Under the pieces are notes generated by a model, which was not told the origin of the DNA, ran no database searches, and saw only the letters and a list, made by a program, of their open reading frames with translations. Below, piece by piece: positions 19,747-29,749 of a stretch of DNA of 64,000 nucleotides. The translations under genes and the position numbers were made by a program. Position 1 is the stretch's first letter. Every line of letters starts with the position of its first letter. The DNA comes from an uncultured Sphingomonadaceae bacterium (GTDB taxonomy: Bacteria > Pseudomonadota > Alphaproteobacteria > Sphingomonadales > Sphingomonadaceae): NCBI GenBank assembly GCA_964645635.1, contig CAZYAL010000005.1, positions 597 through 64,596 of the forward strand. Reading direction: 5' to 3'.

Positions 19747-20017
19747 CTAGGCCGCGTGGACAAATTTCCCGCGGTCACGGCCAGACGAGCAAAGCCCATT
19801 ACAAGAAGCGAGGACGCAGGGCATGCCGGGAATATTCGAGGACGAGCGACGCGGGAATGGGCTTTGCTAGCCTGGCCCCGCAGGAGTTCGGTCCCGATCC
19901 ACCCTTGCAGCGTTGCGCACGCTTGAAAGTGCGATGCACTTCCTGCGCGCACGCGCCTCGCCAGAACGAACCAGTACTCGAACCGTGATCCGCGGAGAAT
20001 TTGTCTACGCGGCCTAG
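19747..20017. mobile_element. MITE-like non-autonomous element (about 271 bp)
   Basis: 34/35-nt terminal inverted repeats at 19747-19780 and 19983-20017 (3 mismatches plus 1 indel). CTAG at both ends. Structured non-coding core. No transposase. Confidence 0.5.
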
Positions 20018-20097
20018 GGAATCAACGTGCGAAAGAGCGCGCGAAGGTCTGCCGGAAAGGTCGCTCTGTAGGAAAGTTCTGGCCGAATCCCATCCTT

Positions 20098-20112
20098 GAA
20101 CATATAAAGAAC
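20098..20112 (+). promoter_or_regulatory. second LexA (SOS) box, upstream of stub ORF and dnaE2
   Basis: GAACATATAAAGAAC is an exact GAAC-N7-GAAC. It shares the GAACATA half with the imuA box. Confidence 0.6.
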
Positions 20113-20114
20113 AA

Positions 20115-20276
20115 ATGTGCTGGAAATCGATCGTCGCCAGGCTTGCTATTCTTGCAGATGCGGGCAGGTATGATGCCTCCTGCACCTCGTTCGGCATGGC
20201 GAAGAAGACTCTGCCCAAGGCGAAGCCCATCCCCTCGCTGGAGCAGGCGCGCCTTGCCGAATTGGCTGAGGGTTGA
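20115..20276 (+). pseudogene. 53-codon ORF resembling only the N-terminus of a putative DNA modification/repair radical-SAM protein (stub or uORF)
   Basis: Hand translation: MCWKSIVARLAILADAGRYDASCTSFGMAKK...AEG*. The LAILADAxxYDASCxS block is recalled from that family. No CxxxCxxC cluster. Stop lies 6 nt before the dnaE2 ATG. Confidence 0.3.
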
Positions 20277-20282
20277 GGTGCC

Positions 20283-23200
20283 ATGCCTGATGCCCCTCTT
20301 GCCCCGGAAAAACGCCGGATTTCGCTTGACCTGCAGCTGATCGAGCCACCGCCACCCGCGCCTTTTGTGGAGCTGGGGGTGGCGAGTTGTTTTTCCTTTC
20401 TGCGCGGCGCATCCGATGCGGTGGACCTTGTGATGCGCGCGCGAGAGCTTGGCTATGACGCGCTGGGAATTGCCGATGCCAATTCCATGGCTGGCGTGGT
20501 ACGCGTGCATACAGCGGCGAAGGACCTGCGCCTGCGCCCTGTGATCGGCTGCCGGATCGAAGTGGTGGAAGGCCTCGCTTTCCTCGCCTTTCCCACGGAT
20601 CGCGCCGCCTATGGCCGCTTGTGCGCGCTGATTTCTGCTGGTCGCATGTCCACGCTCGATGGCGAATGGCAGGGGAAGGGCCAGTGCGATATCTCGCTGC
20701 CTATGCTGGCGGAATATGCTGAGGGCATCCAGCTGGTCCTGATCCCGCCTCCAGACCTTGCCGCAAGCCACATCGTACCTGCCTGGGCGAGCAATGTGGT
20801 GACGTTGGGCGGTGACAGTTTCGAGGAGCTGGTGACAGGAACGCTGCCTGATATCCTGCCGCACCTTGCCGCCGGATTGCCTTCCATGCGCCACGTCGCG
20901 GCAACTTACCTCTATCGCGGGGACGATGTCGCGCGGATCAGCCGGCTCGATGCGCTGGCGCGGGTGAACGGCCTGTCGATCCTCGCCACCAACGATGTGC
21001 TCTACCACGCGCCCGAACGCCGTCCACTGCAGGACGTGATGACCGCGATCCGCCACAAGAGTACGGTGGCGGCAGCCGGACACTTGCTGCTTGCCAATGC
21101 CGAGCGGCACCTGAAAAGCCCCGGGGAGATGATGAGGCTGTTTGAACCATGGCCGCACGCGATCACCGCTGCACGCATGGTGGCGGATAGCTGCAATTTC
21201 AGTCTCGACGAGCTGCGCTACGAATATCCTGAGGAGATGTATCCGGACGGCGCCACACCGCAGGAATATCTCGAACAGCAGACATGGGCAGGCGCGCAAT
21301 GGCGCTATTCCGCAGGCGTACCAGAAAGCGTGCGCGAGGTGCTGCAGCGCGAACTGGCGCTGATCGGCAAGCTGGAACTGGCGCGCTACTTTCTCACCAT
21401 CAAGGAAATCGTCGATTTCGCGCGCGGGCAGGATCCGCCGATCCTGTGCCAGGGGCGTGGGTCAGCGGCCAATTCCGCTGTCTGCTACGTGCTCGGCATC
21501 ACCAACGTCGATCCGGCCAAGCACGCTCTGCTGTTTGACCGCTTCATCTCCGAGGAGCGCAAGGAGCCTCCTGATATTGACGTCGATTTCGAACATGAGC
21601 GGCGCGAGGAGGTGATCCAGCATATCTACAGCAAATACGGTCGCCACCGCGCAGGGCTATGCGCCACGGTGATCCACTACCGCCCGCGCATGGCAATCCG
21701 CGAGGTGGGCAAGGTGATGGGCTTGTCAGAGGACGTGACCAGCGCGCTTGCCCGCACGGTGTGGGGCAGCATGGGCAAGGAGGTTGCAGCAAAACACGCC
21801 GAGGAAATCGGCATGGACCTGTCTGATCCGCATTTGCGCCGCGTCCTGAAGCTGACCAAGCAGATGATTGGCATGCCGCGCCACCTTTCACAGCATGTCG
21901 GCGGCTTCATCCTCACCGAAGGGCCGCTGGTGGAGACGGTGCCCATCGGCAATGGCGCGATGGCGGATCGTAGCTTCATCGAATGGGACAAGGATGACAT
22001 CGATGCGCTGGGTATCCTGAAAGTGGATGTGCTGGCGCTGGGCATGCTCACCTGCATCCGCAAATGCCTCGATCTGCTGCAAGACCACCATGGCCGCAGC
22101 CTGACGCTGGCGACGGTCCCGCGCGAGGATCCGGAAACTTACGCCATGCTGCGCAAGGGGGATTCGCTTGGCGTATTCCAGGTGGAAAGCCGCGCGCAGA
22201 TGAACATGCTGCCGCGCCTGCGCCCGCGCGAGTTCTATGACCTGGTGATCCAGGTGGCGATCGTGCGGCCCGGGCCGATCCAGGGCGATATGGTCCATCC
22301 CTACCTGAAACGGCGAAGGGGGGAGGAACAGGTCGTGATCCCTGCGCCGGGCGCGCAGCATGGCCCGCCGGATGAACTATCAAGCATCCTTGCCCGCACG
22401 CTGGGTGTGCCGATCTTCCAGGAACAGGCAATGAAGATCGCGCTTGATGCCGCGAAGTTCTCAGGGGCGGAGGCGGATCGCTTGCGCAAGGCGATGGCCA
22501 CTTTTCGCAGCCGGGGCATGGTGCATGAGTTGGAAGAGATGATGGTCGGCCGGATGGTGGCGCGCGGTTATGATCCCGGTTTTGCCGAACGCTGCTTCAA
22601 CCAGATTAAGGGCTTTGGCGAATATGGCTTTCCTGAAAGCCACGCCGCCAGTTTTGCTCATCTCGTCTATGTCTCCAGCTGGCTGAAGTGCCATTTTCCG
22701 GCGGCTTTCGCCTGCGCGCTGCTCAATTCGCAGCCGATGGGCTTTTATGCCCCGGCGCAGATCGTGCGCGATGCGAGGGAGCATGGGGTTGCGGTGCTGC
22801 CGGCGGACGTGAACCACTCGCAATGGGATTGCACGCTGGAGCGGGGAGGCGCGGCCTTGCGCCTGGGCCTCAGGCAGGTGGACGGCTTGCCCGAACATGT
22901 CGCGGCACAGCTGGTGGCAGCACGGGCAGAGGAAGGGCCGTACCGCGATGTCGAGCAATTGCGCGAACGGGCGCGGATTTCGCCTGCCTATGTGGAGCGG
23001 CTTGCCAGTGCTGATTGTTTCACCTCCATGCAGCTATCGCGAAGGCAGGCGCTGTGGGATGCCCGCAGTCTGGTGGCAGGGCCGGACCTGCCCTTGTTCG
23101 CCCATGCCCATGCCCGCGCGGAAGGGGCGGAAAAGGGCAGGGCGGTGCTGCCCCGAATGCCCTTGTCGGAAGAAGTGGTGGCCGATTACCAGACCACGCG

Positions 23201-23684
23201 CCTTTCACTGAAGGCGCACCCCATGGCTTTCCTGCGTGCCTCGCTGGGGCAGCGCGGCTTTGTGCGCGCCAGCGATCTGCGTGACCGTAAGACGCGCAGC
23301 ATGGTGCAGGTGGCTGGTGTGGTGTTGATCCGCCAGCGCCCGGGAAGCGCCAAGGGCGTGTGCTTCATCACGCTGGAGGATGAGACTGGCGTGATCAACC
23401 TTGTTGTCTGGCCAGACCTTAAGGAGAAGCAGCGCCGCGTGGTGATGGGATCGCGGCTGATGGAAGTGCGCGGCCGCGTGGAATATGATGACGAGGTGAT
23501 CCACGTCATCGCCCACCATCTGGCTGACGCGACGGATGAACTGCATCGCTTGTCTGACGATCTGCTGCAGGCACCCGTGGTAAGGGCAGACCATGTCACC
23601 AGCCCGACCGGCAAGTATGGGCCTTCGATACGCAGCCATCCGCGCAACCACCGCGTTATTCCCAAATCACGCGATTTTCACTGA
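20283..23684 (+). CDS. dnaE2: error-prone DNA polymerase DnaE2 (ImuC)
   Basis: 1133 aa. PHP-domain start FVELGVASCFSFLRGAS, Pol III alpha core blocks (GRGSAANS, PDIDVDFEH, KVDVLALGMLT, QVAIVRPGPIQG), OB-fold C-terminus. Confidence 0.93.
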   Translation: MPDAPLAPEKRRISLDLQLIEPPPPAPFVELGVASCFSFLRGASDAVDLVMRARELGYDALGIADANSMAGVVRVHTAAKDLRLRPVIGCRIEVVEGLAFLAFPTDRAAYGRLCALISAGRMSTLDGEWQGKGQCDISLPMLAEYAEGIQLVLIPPPDLAASHIVPAWASNVVTLGGDSFEELVTGTLPDILPHLAAGLPSMRHVAATYLYRGDDVARISRLDALARVNGLSILATNDVLYHAPERRPLQDVMTAIRHKSTVAAAGHLLLANAERHLKSPGEMMRLFEPWPHAITAARMVADSCNFSLDELRYEYPEEMYPDGATPQEYLEQQTWAGAQWRYSAGVPESVREVLQRELALIGKLELARYFLTIKEIVDFARGQDPPILCQGRGSAANSAVCYVLGITNVDPAKHALLFDRFISEERKEPPDIDVDFEHERREEVIQHIYSKYGRHRAGLCATVIHYRPRMAIREVGKVMGLSEDVTSALARTVWGSMGKEVAAKHAEEIGMDLSDPHLRRVLKLTKQMIGMPRHLSQHVGGFILTEGPLVETVPIGNGAMADRSFIEWDKDDIDALGILKVDVLALGMLTCIRKCLDLLQDHHGRSLTLATVPREDPETYAMLRKGDSLGVFQVESRAQMNMLPRLRPREFYDLVIQVAIVRPGPIQGDMVHPYLKRRRGEEQVVIPAPGAQHGPPDELSSILARTLGVPIFQEQAMKIALDAAKFSGAEADRLRKAMATFRSRGMVHELEEMMVGRMVARGYDPGFAERCFNQIKGFGEYGFPESHAASFAHLVYVSSWLKCHFPAAFACALLNSQPMGFYAPAQIVRDAREHGVAVLPADVNHSQWDCTLERGGAALRLGLRQVDGLPEHVAAQLVAARAEEGPYRDVEQLRERARISPAYVERLASADCFTSMQLSRRQALWDARSLVAGPDLPLFAHAHARAEGAEKGRAVLPRMPLSEEVVADYQTTRLSLKAHPMAFLRASLGQRGFVRASDLRDRKTRSMVQVAGVVLIRQRPGSAKGVCFITLEDETGVINLVVWPDLKEKQRRVVMGSRLMEVRGRVEYDDEVIHVIAHHLADATDELHRLSDDLLQAPVVRADHVTSPTGKYGPSIRSHPRNHRVIPKSRDFH

Positions 23685-23754
23685 TGCGTATTTGATCCGC
23701 ATAGAGGAAGTGCAGGTTGGAACTGCAATTTGGCACTGCAATGCAATCGCGCGG

Positions 23755-24444
23755 TTACACCGGTTCTAATGCGTAGCCAGCAGAGCGCACTGTGCGGATA
23801 GGGTCGCGCACGTTTTCAAGGGCAATAGCCTTGCGCAACCGGCGGATATGGACGTCCACAGTGCGCTCTTCGATCTCGCTTCCTGTACCCCACACGGCAT
23901 CGAGCAACTGGCTGCGAGAGAACACCCGGCGGGGATGTTCCATAAAGAACTTGATAAGGCGATACTCGGTTGGACCGATGTGCAGTTGCCGGCCACGGCG
24001 TTCCACGCGGTGAGCTACAGGGTCCAGTTTGAGGTCGCCGACAGAGATTTCTTCACCAGCAAGCGCCGGGCGCACGCGGCGCAACACAGCGGAAACACGG
24101 GCGAGCAATTCGCGTGGAGAAAAGGGCTTTGTAAGGTAATCGTCTGCCCCGGTTTCAAGGCCGCGGACCCGGTCATCCTCAGCTTCGCGGGCGGTGAGCA
24201 TGATGATGGGCACATGCGCGGTGGCCTGGTCGCGGCGCAAGCGGCGGCAGACCTCGATCCCGCTGATGCCTTCGATCATCCAGTCGAGGATCACGAGATC
24301 CGGCGGCTCTTCTGCCGCCAGCATCATCGCCTCTTCACCATCGGGCGTTACGCTGACGCTGTAGCCTTCGCTCTCGAAACGATATTCGAGCAGTTCGGCC
24401 AGCGCCGTATCATCTTCAACCAGCAGCAGCTTGGGAGCTGACAT
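23755..24444 (-). CDS. phoB: phosphate regulon response regulator PhoB
   Basis: Receiver (LLVEDD...DLVILDWM) plus winged-helix OmpR-type C-terminus. ATG 24444 lies behind GAGGAAG. Confidence 0.93.
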   Translation of the reverse strand: MSAPKLLLVEDDTALAELLEYRFESEGYSVSVTPDGEEAMMLAAEEPPDLVILDWMIEGISGIEVCRRLRRDQATAHVPIIMLTAREAEDDRVRGLETGADDYLTKPFSPRELLARVSAVLRRVRPALAGEEISVGDLKLDPVAHRVERRGRQLHIGPTEYRLIKFFMEHPRRVFSRSQLLDAVWGTGSEIEERTVDVHIRRLRKAIALENVRDPIRTVRSAGYALEPV

Positions 24445-24525
24445 TACATCTTCCTCTGCTCGCAAGGCGACCGATCACCCGCGATTCGTAAGAGTGTAAT
24501 ATGGCTGAAATGCGTCAGGAATGTT

Positions 24526-25194
24526 TCAGCGCTCGATGTCAGTCGGGTAAGACCCGACCGCAGCGAAATGCACCATTTCGGCAACGTTGGTGGCATGGTC
24601 GCCGATCCGCTCAATATTGCGGGCCACGAACAGCAGTTGTGCCGCACTGGAAATGGTTGCCGGGTTCTCGACCATATGGCTCACGAGGTTGCGGAAGATG
24701 CTGTCATAGAAAGCATCGACCTTCTCGTCCCGCGCGATCACTTCGCGTGCCACGATGGGATCGCGCGCGGCATAGGCAGTGAGCACGTCATGCACCATTT
24801 CCGCTGCCACTTCGCCCATGGCGGGCAGCAGGGTCAGCGGCTCAAAGCGGGCACGGCCTTCAATGCGGCCAACGCGCTTGGCGATGTTCTTGGCATAATC
24901 GCCGATGCGTTCGACAACGCCAGCAATCTTCAGTGCGGCGATGATTTCGCGCAAGTCATCGGCCATCGGCGCGCGCAGGGCGAGTACGCGAACAGCCATG
25001 GCATCGACCTCGGCTTCGAGCGCGTCGAGTTTCGGGTCCCGCTCAACCACTTCGCGGGCGAGCTCCTCGTCACCGGTGACGATAGCTTCGAGCGATTGCT
25101 GGATCGCCAGCTCCGCAAGGCCGCCCAGTTCGGCGATCAGGCCGCGGATGCGGGTGATGTCCTCATCAAATGCCTTGACTGTATGTTCTGCCAT
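24526..25194 (-). CDS. phoU: phosphate signalling protein PhoU
   Basis: Two PhoU repeats (ERIGDYAKNIA / ERIGDHATNVAE). ATG overlaps the pstB stop (TAATG). Confidence 0.93.
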   Translation of the reverse strand: MAEHTVKAFDEDITRIRGLIAELGGLAELAIQQSLEAIVTGDEELAREVVERDPKLDALEAEVDAMAVRVLALRAPMADDLREIIAALKIAGVVERIGDYAKNIAKRVGRIEGRARFEPLTLLPAMGEVAAEMVHDVLTAYAARDPIVAREVIARDEKVDAFYDSIFRNLVSHMVENPATISSAAQLLFVARNIERIGDHATNVAEMVHFAAVGSYPTDIER

Positions 25195-26015
25195 TAGCCG
25201 TACCGACCCGTGATGTAATCCTGCGTGCGCTTCTCGCGAGGATTGGTGAAGATGTCCGAAGTATGTCCGTATTCCACCAGATGTCCAAGGTGAAAAAACG
25301 CCGTCCGCTGCGAAACGCGCGCGGCCTGCTGCATCGAATGGGTAACGATCACAATCGCATAGCGGCCACGCAGCTCGTCGATCAGTTCCTCGATCTTGGC
25401 GGTGGCGATGGGATCGAGCGCAGAGCATGGCTCGTCCATCAGGATGACTTCGGGATCGACCGCGATGGCGCGCGCGATGCACAGGCGCTGCTGCTGGCCA
25501 CCCGAAAGCGCGGTGCCGGAGTCTTCCAGGCGATCCTTAACTTCTTCCCACAAACCGGCACGCTGCAGGCTCTTTTCAACAATTTGGTCGAGCTCGTTCT
25601 TGCCCTGAGCAAGCCCATGGATGCGCGGACCGTAGGCGATGTTTTCGTAGATCGACTTGGGGAATGGGTTGGGCTTCTGGAACACCATGCCCACGCGGGC
25701 GCGCAGCTGAACTACGTCCATGCCCGAATGATAAATATCCTCGCCATCAAGTTCGATCGTACCTTCGACACGCGCCAAGGGGATCGTGTCGTTCATGCGG
25801 TTCAATGTGCGCAGGAAGGTGGACTTGCCGCAGCCAGACGGGCCAATGAAGGCGGTTACGTGTTCAGTATGGATGTCGATCGAAACCTCGTCGATCGCCT
25901 TCTTCTCGCCATAGAAGACGGACACGCCGGACGCGCTGATCTTGGGCGCGGACTGCGCTTTGGCTTCGGCTTCGATGCTCTTGCCGCCGGTAGCGTGAGT
26001 CTGTTCCATCACCAT
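25194..26015 (-). CDS. pstB: phosphate ABC transporter ATP-binding protein PstB
   Basis: Walker [10 protein letters not shown], signature [14 protein letters not shown], and a PstB-type end. Confidence 0.95.
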   Translation of the reverse strand: MVMEQTHATGGKSIEAEAKAQSAPKISASGVSVFYGEKKAIDEVSIDIHTEHVTAFIGPSGCGKSTFLRTLNRMNDTIPLARVEGTIELDGEDIYHSGMDVVQLRARVGMVFQKPNPFPKSIYENIAYGPRIHGLAQGKNELDQIVEKSLQRAGLWEEVKDRLEDSGTALSGGQQQRLCIARAIAVDPEVILMDEPCSALDPIATAKIEELIDELRGRYAIVIVTHSMQQAARVSQRTAFFHLGHLVEYGHTSDIFTNPREKRTQDYITGRYG

Positions 26016-27256
26016 TTCTTCTCGAACTTGTTGCGTAGGTAAATGGCAATGCCATTCATCAGCAGGAGGAATATCAATAGCACGATAATCGCGGCGCTGG
26101 TGCGTTCCACGAAGCCGCGGTCAATCTGGTCAGACCAGAGGAAGATTTGCATCGGCAGCACAGTGGCATTGTCGGTAAAGCCATCGGGCGGGGTAGAGAC
26201 AAAGGCGCGCATGCCGATCAGCAGCAGCGGCGCGGTTTCACCCAGCGCACGGGCCATGCCGATGATCGTGCCGGTAAGGATGCCGGGCAGTGCCAGCGGC
26301 AGCACGTGGTGGAAAACTACCTGCACTGGCGAAGCGCCGATGGCGAGTGCACCGTCACGGATCGAGGGCGGCACCGCCTTGATCGCGTTGCGGCCAGAGA
26401 TGACAATCACCGGCATTGTCATGAGGGCCAGCGTCATGCCGCCGATCAGGGGGGCAGAACGAAAGCTAGGGAACAGCGTGAGGAAGACGGCAAGGCCGAG
26501 CAGGCCGAAAATGATTGAGGGCACGGCCGCGAGGTTATTGATCGACACCTCGATAATGTCTGTCCAGCGGTTCCGCGGTGCATATTCTTCAAGGTAGAGT
26601 GCAGCCAACACACCAACCGGGAAGGCCAGCAGCAGGGTTACAATCATTGTCAGGATCGAGCCCTTGAGCGCTCCCCAAATGCCAGCGAGCTGAGGATCAG
26701 TTGCGTCGGATCGCGTCAGGAAGCCAATGTCGAAATCATCGCGCAGCAGGCCTTTGTCCGCCAATTCGCGCGCGAGGGGCTGCAAGGCAGCCTGGCCATC
26801 ACCGGCATAAGCGGAAGCGAGGTCTTCGCTGGTAACCAGTGCAAACGTGTGCGTGCCCTGCATCAGGCCACGGTCCTCGACCAGCTGCGTGGCAACATCG
26901 CGCCATGCCTCGGAATTGACCTGTGCGGCGCCTTCGGGGCCCAGAGCTTCATCCGCAGCGAACTGCACGATTTCGGGCAAGCCCTGAGATTGCAGCGAGC
27001 GTACGGCGATGGATTCGTTTTCGCCCGCCGGGATCGTCAGCGCCATTTGCGACATGTCGATCGGAACGTCGAACACGGTGCGCTGAAACCCGCCGAGGCC
27101 GTTCGTCAACATGTTGCCGAGCAGGAAGACCAGCACGATGATCGAGAATGCCACCGCGCCAAGGCCAGCGGCCTTGAACCGCTTTTCGGCGGCGTAGCGC
27201 TTCTTCAGCCGGGCTTCGAATTCCGGCGTGCGGGTGGGGTTTGCAGCCTCACTCAT
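26009..27256 (-). CDS. pstA: phosphate ABC transporter permease PstA
   Basis: 415-aa permease with the EAA-like loop [11 protein letters not shown], between pstC and pstB. Confidence 0.9.
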   Translation of the reverse strand: MSEAANPTRTPEFEARLKKRYAAEKRFKAAGLGAVAFSIIVLVFLLGNMLTNGLGGFQRTVFDVPIDMSQMALTIPAGENESIAVRSLQSQGLPEIVQFAADEALGPEGAAQVNSEAWRDVATQLVEDRGLMQGTHTFALVTSEDLASAYAGDGQAALQPLARELADKGLLRDDFDIGFLTRSDATDPQLAGIWGALKGSILTMIVTLLLAFPVGVLAALYLEEYAPRNRWTDIIEVSINNLAAVPSIIFGLLGLAVFLTLFPSFRSAPLIGGMTLALMTMPVIVISGRNAIKAVPPSIRDGALAIGASPVQVVFHHVLPLALPGILTGTIIGMARALGETAPLLLIGMRAFVSTPPDGFTDNATVLPMQIFLWSDQIDRGFVERTSAAIIVLLIFLLLMNGIAIYLRNKFEKKW

Positions 27257-28634
27257 AAGCTTCGCGGAACCTCTTCACCACGCGCAGGGCGATCACATTC
27301 AGGATAAGGGTGATGATGAACAGCACAAAGCCAAGGGCAAAGGCGCTGAGCGTTGCCGGATGGTCAAGGCTGGCTTCACCCGTCAGCATGGCGACGATCT
27401 GCACGGTCACCGTGGTCATCGCTTCGAGCGGATTGCCGGAAAGGTTCGCGGCATAGCCTGCCGCCATTACCACGATCATGGTTTCACCGATCGCGCGGCT
27501 CACCGCCAGCATGATACCGGCTACGATGCCGGGCAGGGCAGCAGGCACGAGCACGCGGCGAATCGTCTCATTGGTGGTTGCCCCCATGGCCAGCGATCCA
27601 TCGCGCATGGCTTGCGGCACGGCGGCAATCGAATCATCTGCCATCGAGGAGACGAATGGAATGATCATCACGCCCATGACGAGGCCAGCCGCCATCGCAC
27701 TTTCGCTCGACGCGTTGGTTATGCCCGCGGACATGGCGATATCGCGGATGGCTGGGGCAATCGTCAGCGCGGCGAAATAGCCGTAGACCACGGTGGGCAC
27801 GCCAGCGAGCACTTCCAGCGCCGGCTTGACCCAGCTGCGCAGCCTGGAAGGCGCATATTGCGTGAGGTAGATGGCGCTCATCAGGCCAACCGGGATCGCC
27901 ACGATCATGGCGATGATCGCACCGATGAAGATCGTGCCCCAGAAAAGCGGGATAGCGCCATAGCGGCTGCCATCGGGGTTGCTGGCACTGGCCATCGGGT
28001 CAGGCGCCCAATGCGTGCCCAAAAGGAAGTCTATCGGCGAGACCATCTCGAAGAAGCGATAGGTCTCGAAAATCAGGGTCAAGAAAATGCCAAAGGTCGT
28101 CAGGATCGCGACAAGAGATGCCACGAAGAGGACGGCAAGTACGCCCTTTTCCACGCGTACACGGGCGCCGAAATCGGGCTTGAGACGCATGAAGGCCCAA
28201 GCGCCGCCAATCAGGGCGAGCACCAGCGCCACCGCTACCCCGATCCCATTGTAGAGGGCGGTTGCCTCGCGGAAAGGTTCAACCAGTGCCTGTGCTTCCG
28301 GGGCAAGGGCGCGATCCGCCAATCCGTGGGCGACGTTGCTCGCTTCATTGAGAATCGAAACGCGGCGCATCCCGAAGGCGGGAAGGCCTTGTGCAGCCGG
28401 TTGAGAAAGCACGTGCTGCATCACCAGATTGCCGGAAATAGCGTTCCAGATCAGGCCCCACAGCAATGTGGGCACGCTGATCCACATCGCGGCATACCAG
28501 GCGTGGTAATTGGGAAGCGAGGCAAGGCGACCATCGGCCGCCTTGCGCTTGAAGGTCCACGCACGCGAGCGGGCCACCAGCCAACCGGCGAGACCAAGCC
28601 CGATGGCAAGGAGAAGCGGTATGGCTGGTGACAT
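27249..28634 (-). CDS. pstC: phosphate ABC transporter permease PstC
   Basis: 461-aa permease (SRAIGETMIV). Overlaps the pstA start. Confidence 0.9.
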   Translation of the reverse strand: MSPAIPLLLAIGLGLAGWLVARSRAWTFKRKAADGRLASLPNYHAWYAAMWISVPTLLWGLIWNAISGNLVMQHVLSQPAAQGLPAFGMRRVSILNEASNVAHGLADRALAPEAQALVEPFREATALYNGIGVAVALVLALIGGAWAFMRLKPDFGARVRVEKGVLAVLFVASLVAILTTFGIFLTLIFETYRFFEMVSPIDFLLGTHWAPDPMASASNPDGSRYGAIPLFWGTIFIGAIIAMIVAIPVGLMSAIYLTQYAPSRLRSWVKPALEVLAGVPTVVYGYFAALTIAPAIRDIAMSAGITNASSESAMAAGLVMGVMIIPFVSSMADDSIAAVPQAMRDGSLAMGATTNETIRRVLVPAALPGIVAGIMLAVSRAIGETMIVVMAAGYAANLSGNPLEAMTTVTVQIVAMLTGEASLDHPATLSAFALGFVLFIITLILNVIALRVVKRFREAYE

Positions 28635-28652
28635 TGTACGCGTTTTGAAACC

Positions 28653-29696
28653 TTATTTGAAATCAGCAGCCGTCAGCGCCGGGAATTCCGTCACAGCAGC
28701 GTTGTTACGCGCCATAACGTCCTCTGGGCTGGCGACAAGACCGATCTTTGCCAGCGGGCCATCCACTCCCCAGCTTTCCGCCCAGGTGGCAAGAAATTCA
28801 CGCAGGCCAGCAATGGCATCAACGTGATCATTCTTGACATAGACGAACAGCGGGCGAGCGCCGGGGTAGGCGAAGCTGGAGATGTTTTCGTAAGTCGGTT
28901 CGACGCCGTTCACGCTCAGGCCGTGAACGCGGTCAATATTCTCTTCGAGGTAGGAGTAGCCGAAAACGCCAACAGCATCGGCATTGCCCTCGATCTTCTG
29001 GACGATCAGGTTGTCCTGCTCGCCCTGGTCCACGAAGGCGCCATCTGTGCGAACTTCGGTGCAGATCTGGTCGTAACGGTCCTCGTCGGCTTCCTTGATG
29101 GCTTCCATAGCCGGGTTGGCCTTGCAGCCGACTTCAAGGACGAGTTCCTTCAGCGCGTCACGCGTGCCGGAGGTCGACGGCGGGCCGTAAACGAGGATCG
29201 GCAGATTCGGCAGCGAGGGATCGATGTCCGACCAGTTCTTGGCGGTCTGCTCTTCGCCATAGGGATTAGCAGCCAGCGCCTTGTAGATGATTTCCGGCGT
29301 CAGGTTCATGTCGATGCCGTCATTGGCAGAAGCAAAGGCGATACCGTCAAGGCCGACCTGCAGTTCGGTGATCGAGGTCACGCCATTGGCTTGGCACGTT
29401 TCGAACTCGGAAAGCTTCATGCGGCGCGATGCGTTGGCAAGGCTGGGCGTATCCGCGCCAGCACCTTCGCAGAACAGCGCCATGCCACCCCCGGTGCCAG
29501 TCGATTCAATCAGCGGCGAGGAATATTCGGGGAAGTTGCGGGCAAAGGTTTCCGAAACGACCGTCGCAAACGGATAGACGGTGGAGGAACCTACGGCACG
29601 GATAGCCTGTTGGTTACCGCCGCTGCTGTTGCCGCCGCAGGATGCGAGGGCCAGAGCACTGAAGGCTACTGCTGCAAACTTGAAGGTCTTGGTCAT
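28653..29696 (-). CDS. pstS: phosphate-binding lipoprotein PstS
   Basis: ATG 29696 gives MTKTFKFAAVAFSALALASCGG (lipobox LASC). PBP-like body, first gene of pstSCAB. Confidence 0.88.
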   Translation of the reverse strand: MTKTFKFAAVAFSALALASCGGNSSGGNQQAIRAVGSSTVYPFATVVSETFARNFPEYSSPLIESTGTGGGMALFCEGAGADTPSLANASRRMKLSEFETCQANGVTSITELQVGLDGIAFASANDGIDMNLTPEIIYKALAANPYGEEQTAKNWSDIDPSLPNLPILVYGPPSTSGTRDALKELVLEVGCKANPAMEAIKEADEDRYDQICTEVRTDGAFVDQGEQDNLIVQKIEGNADAVGVFGYSYLEENIDRVHGLSVNGVEPTYENISSFAYPGARPLFVYVKNDHVDAIAGLREFLATWAESWGVDGPLAKIGLVASPEDVMARNNAAVTEFPALTAADFK

Positions 29697-29749
29697 TCTA
29701 TTTTCCACTTCAATCATGGGATAGTTAGATGCGGTTTTTTACGGAACCG

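Noticed and set aside
19605-20284. 127-aa (+) and 161-aa (-) ORFs in the imuB-dnaE2 spacer
   Set aside because: Both run through the inverted repeats and the hairpin-rich core of the MITE-like element. They have Arg/Cys/Ser-rich translations and lack SD sequences.
20022-21299. 425-aa minus-strand ORF
   Set aside because: It is antisense to the highly conserved 5' third of dnaE2. It has an R/H/Q-rich low-complexity translation and no recognisable domain.
23685-23754. Direct repeat ACTGCAAT-N5-ACTGCAAT between convergent dnaE2 and phoB
   Set aside because: It is short, lies at a convergent 3'-3' junction where no operator is expected, and has no hairpin or T-run. It is probably chance.
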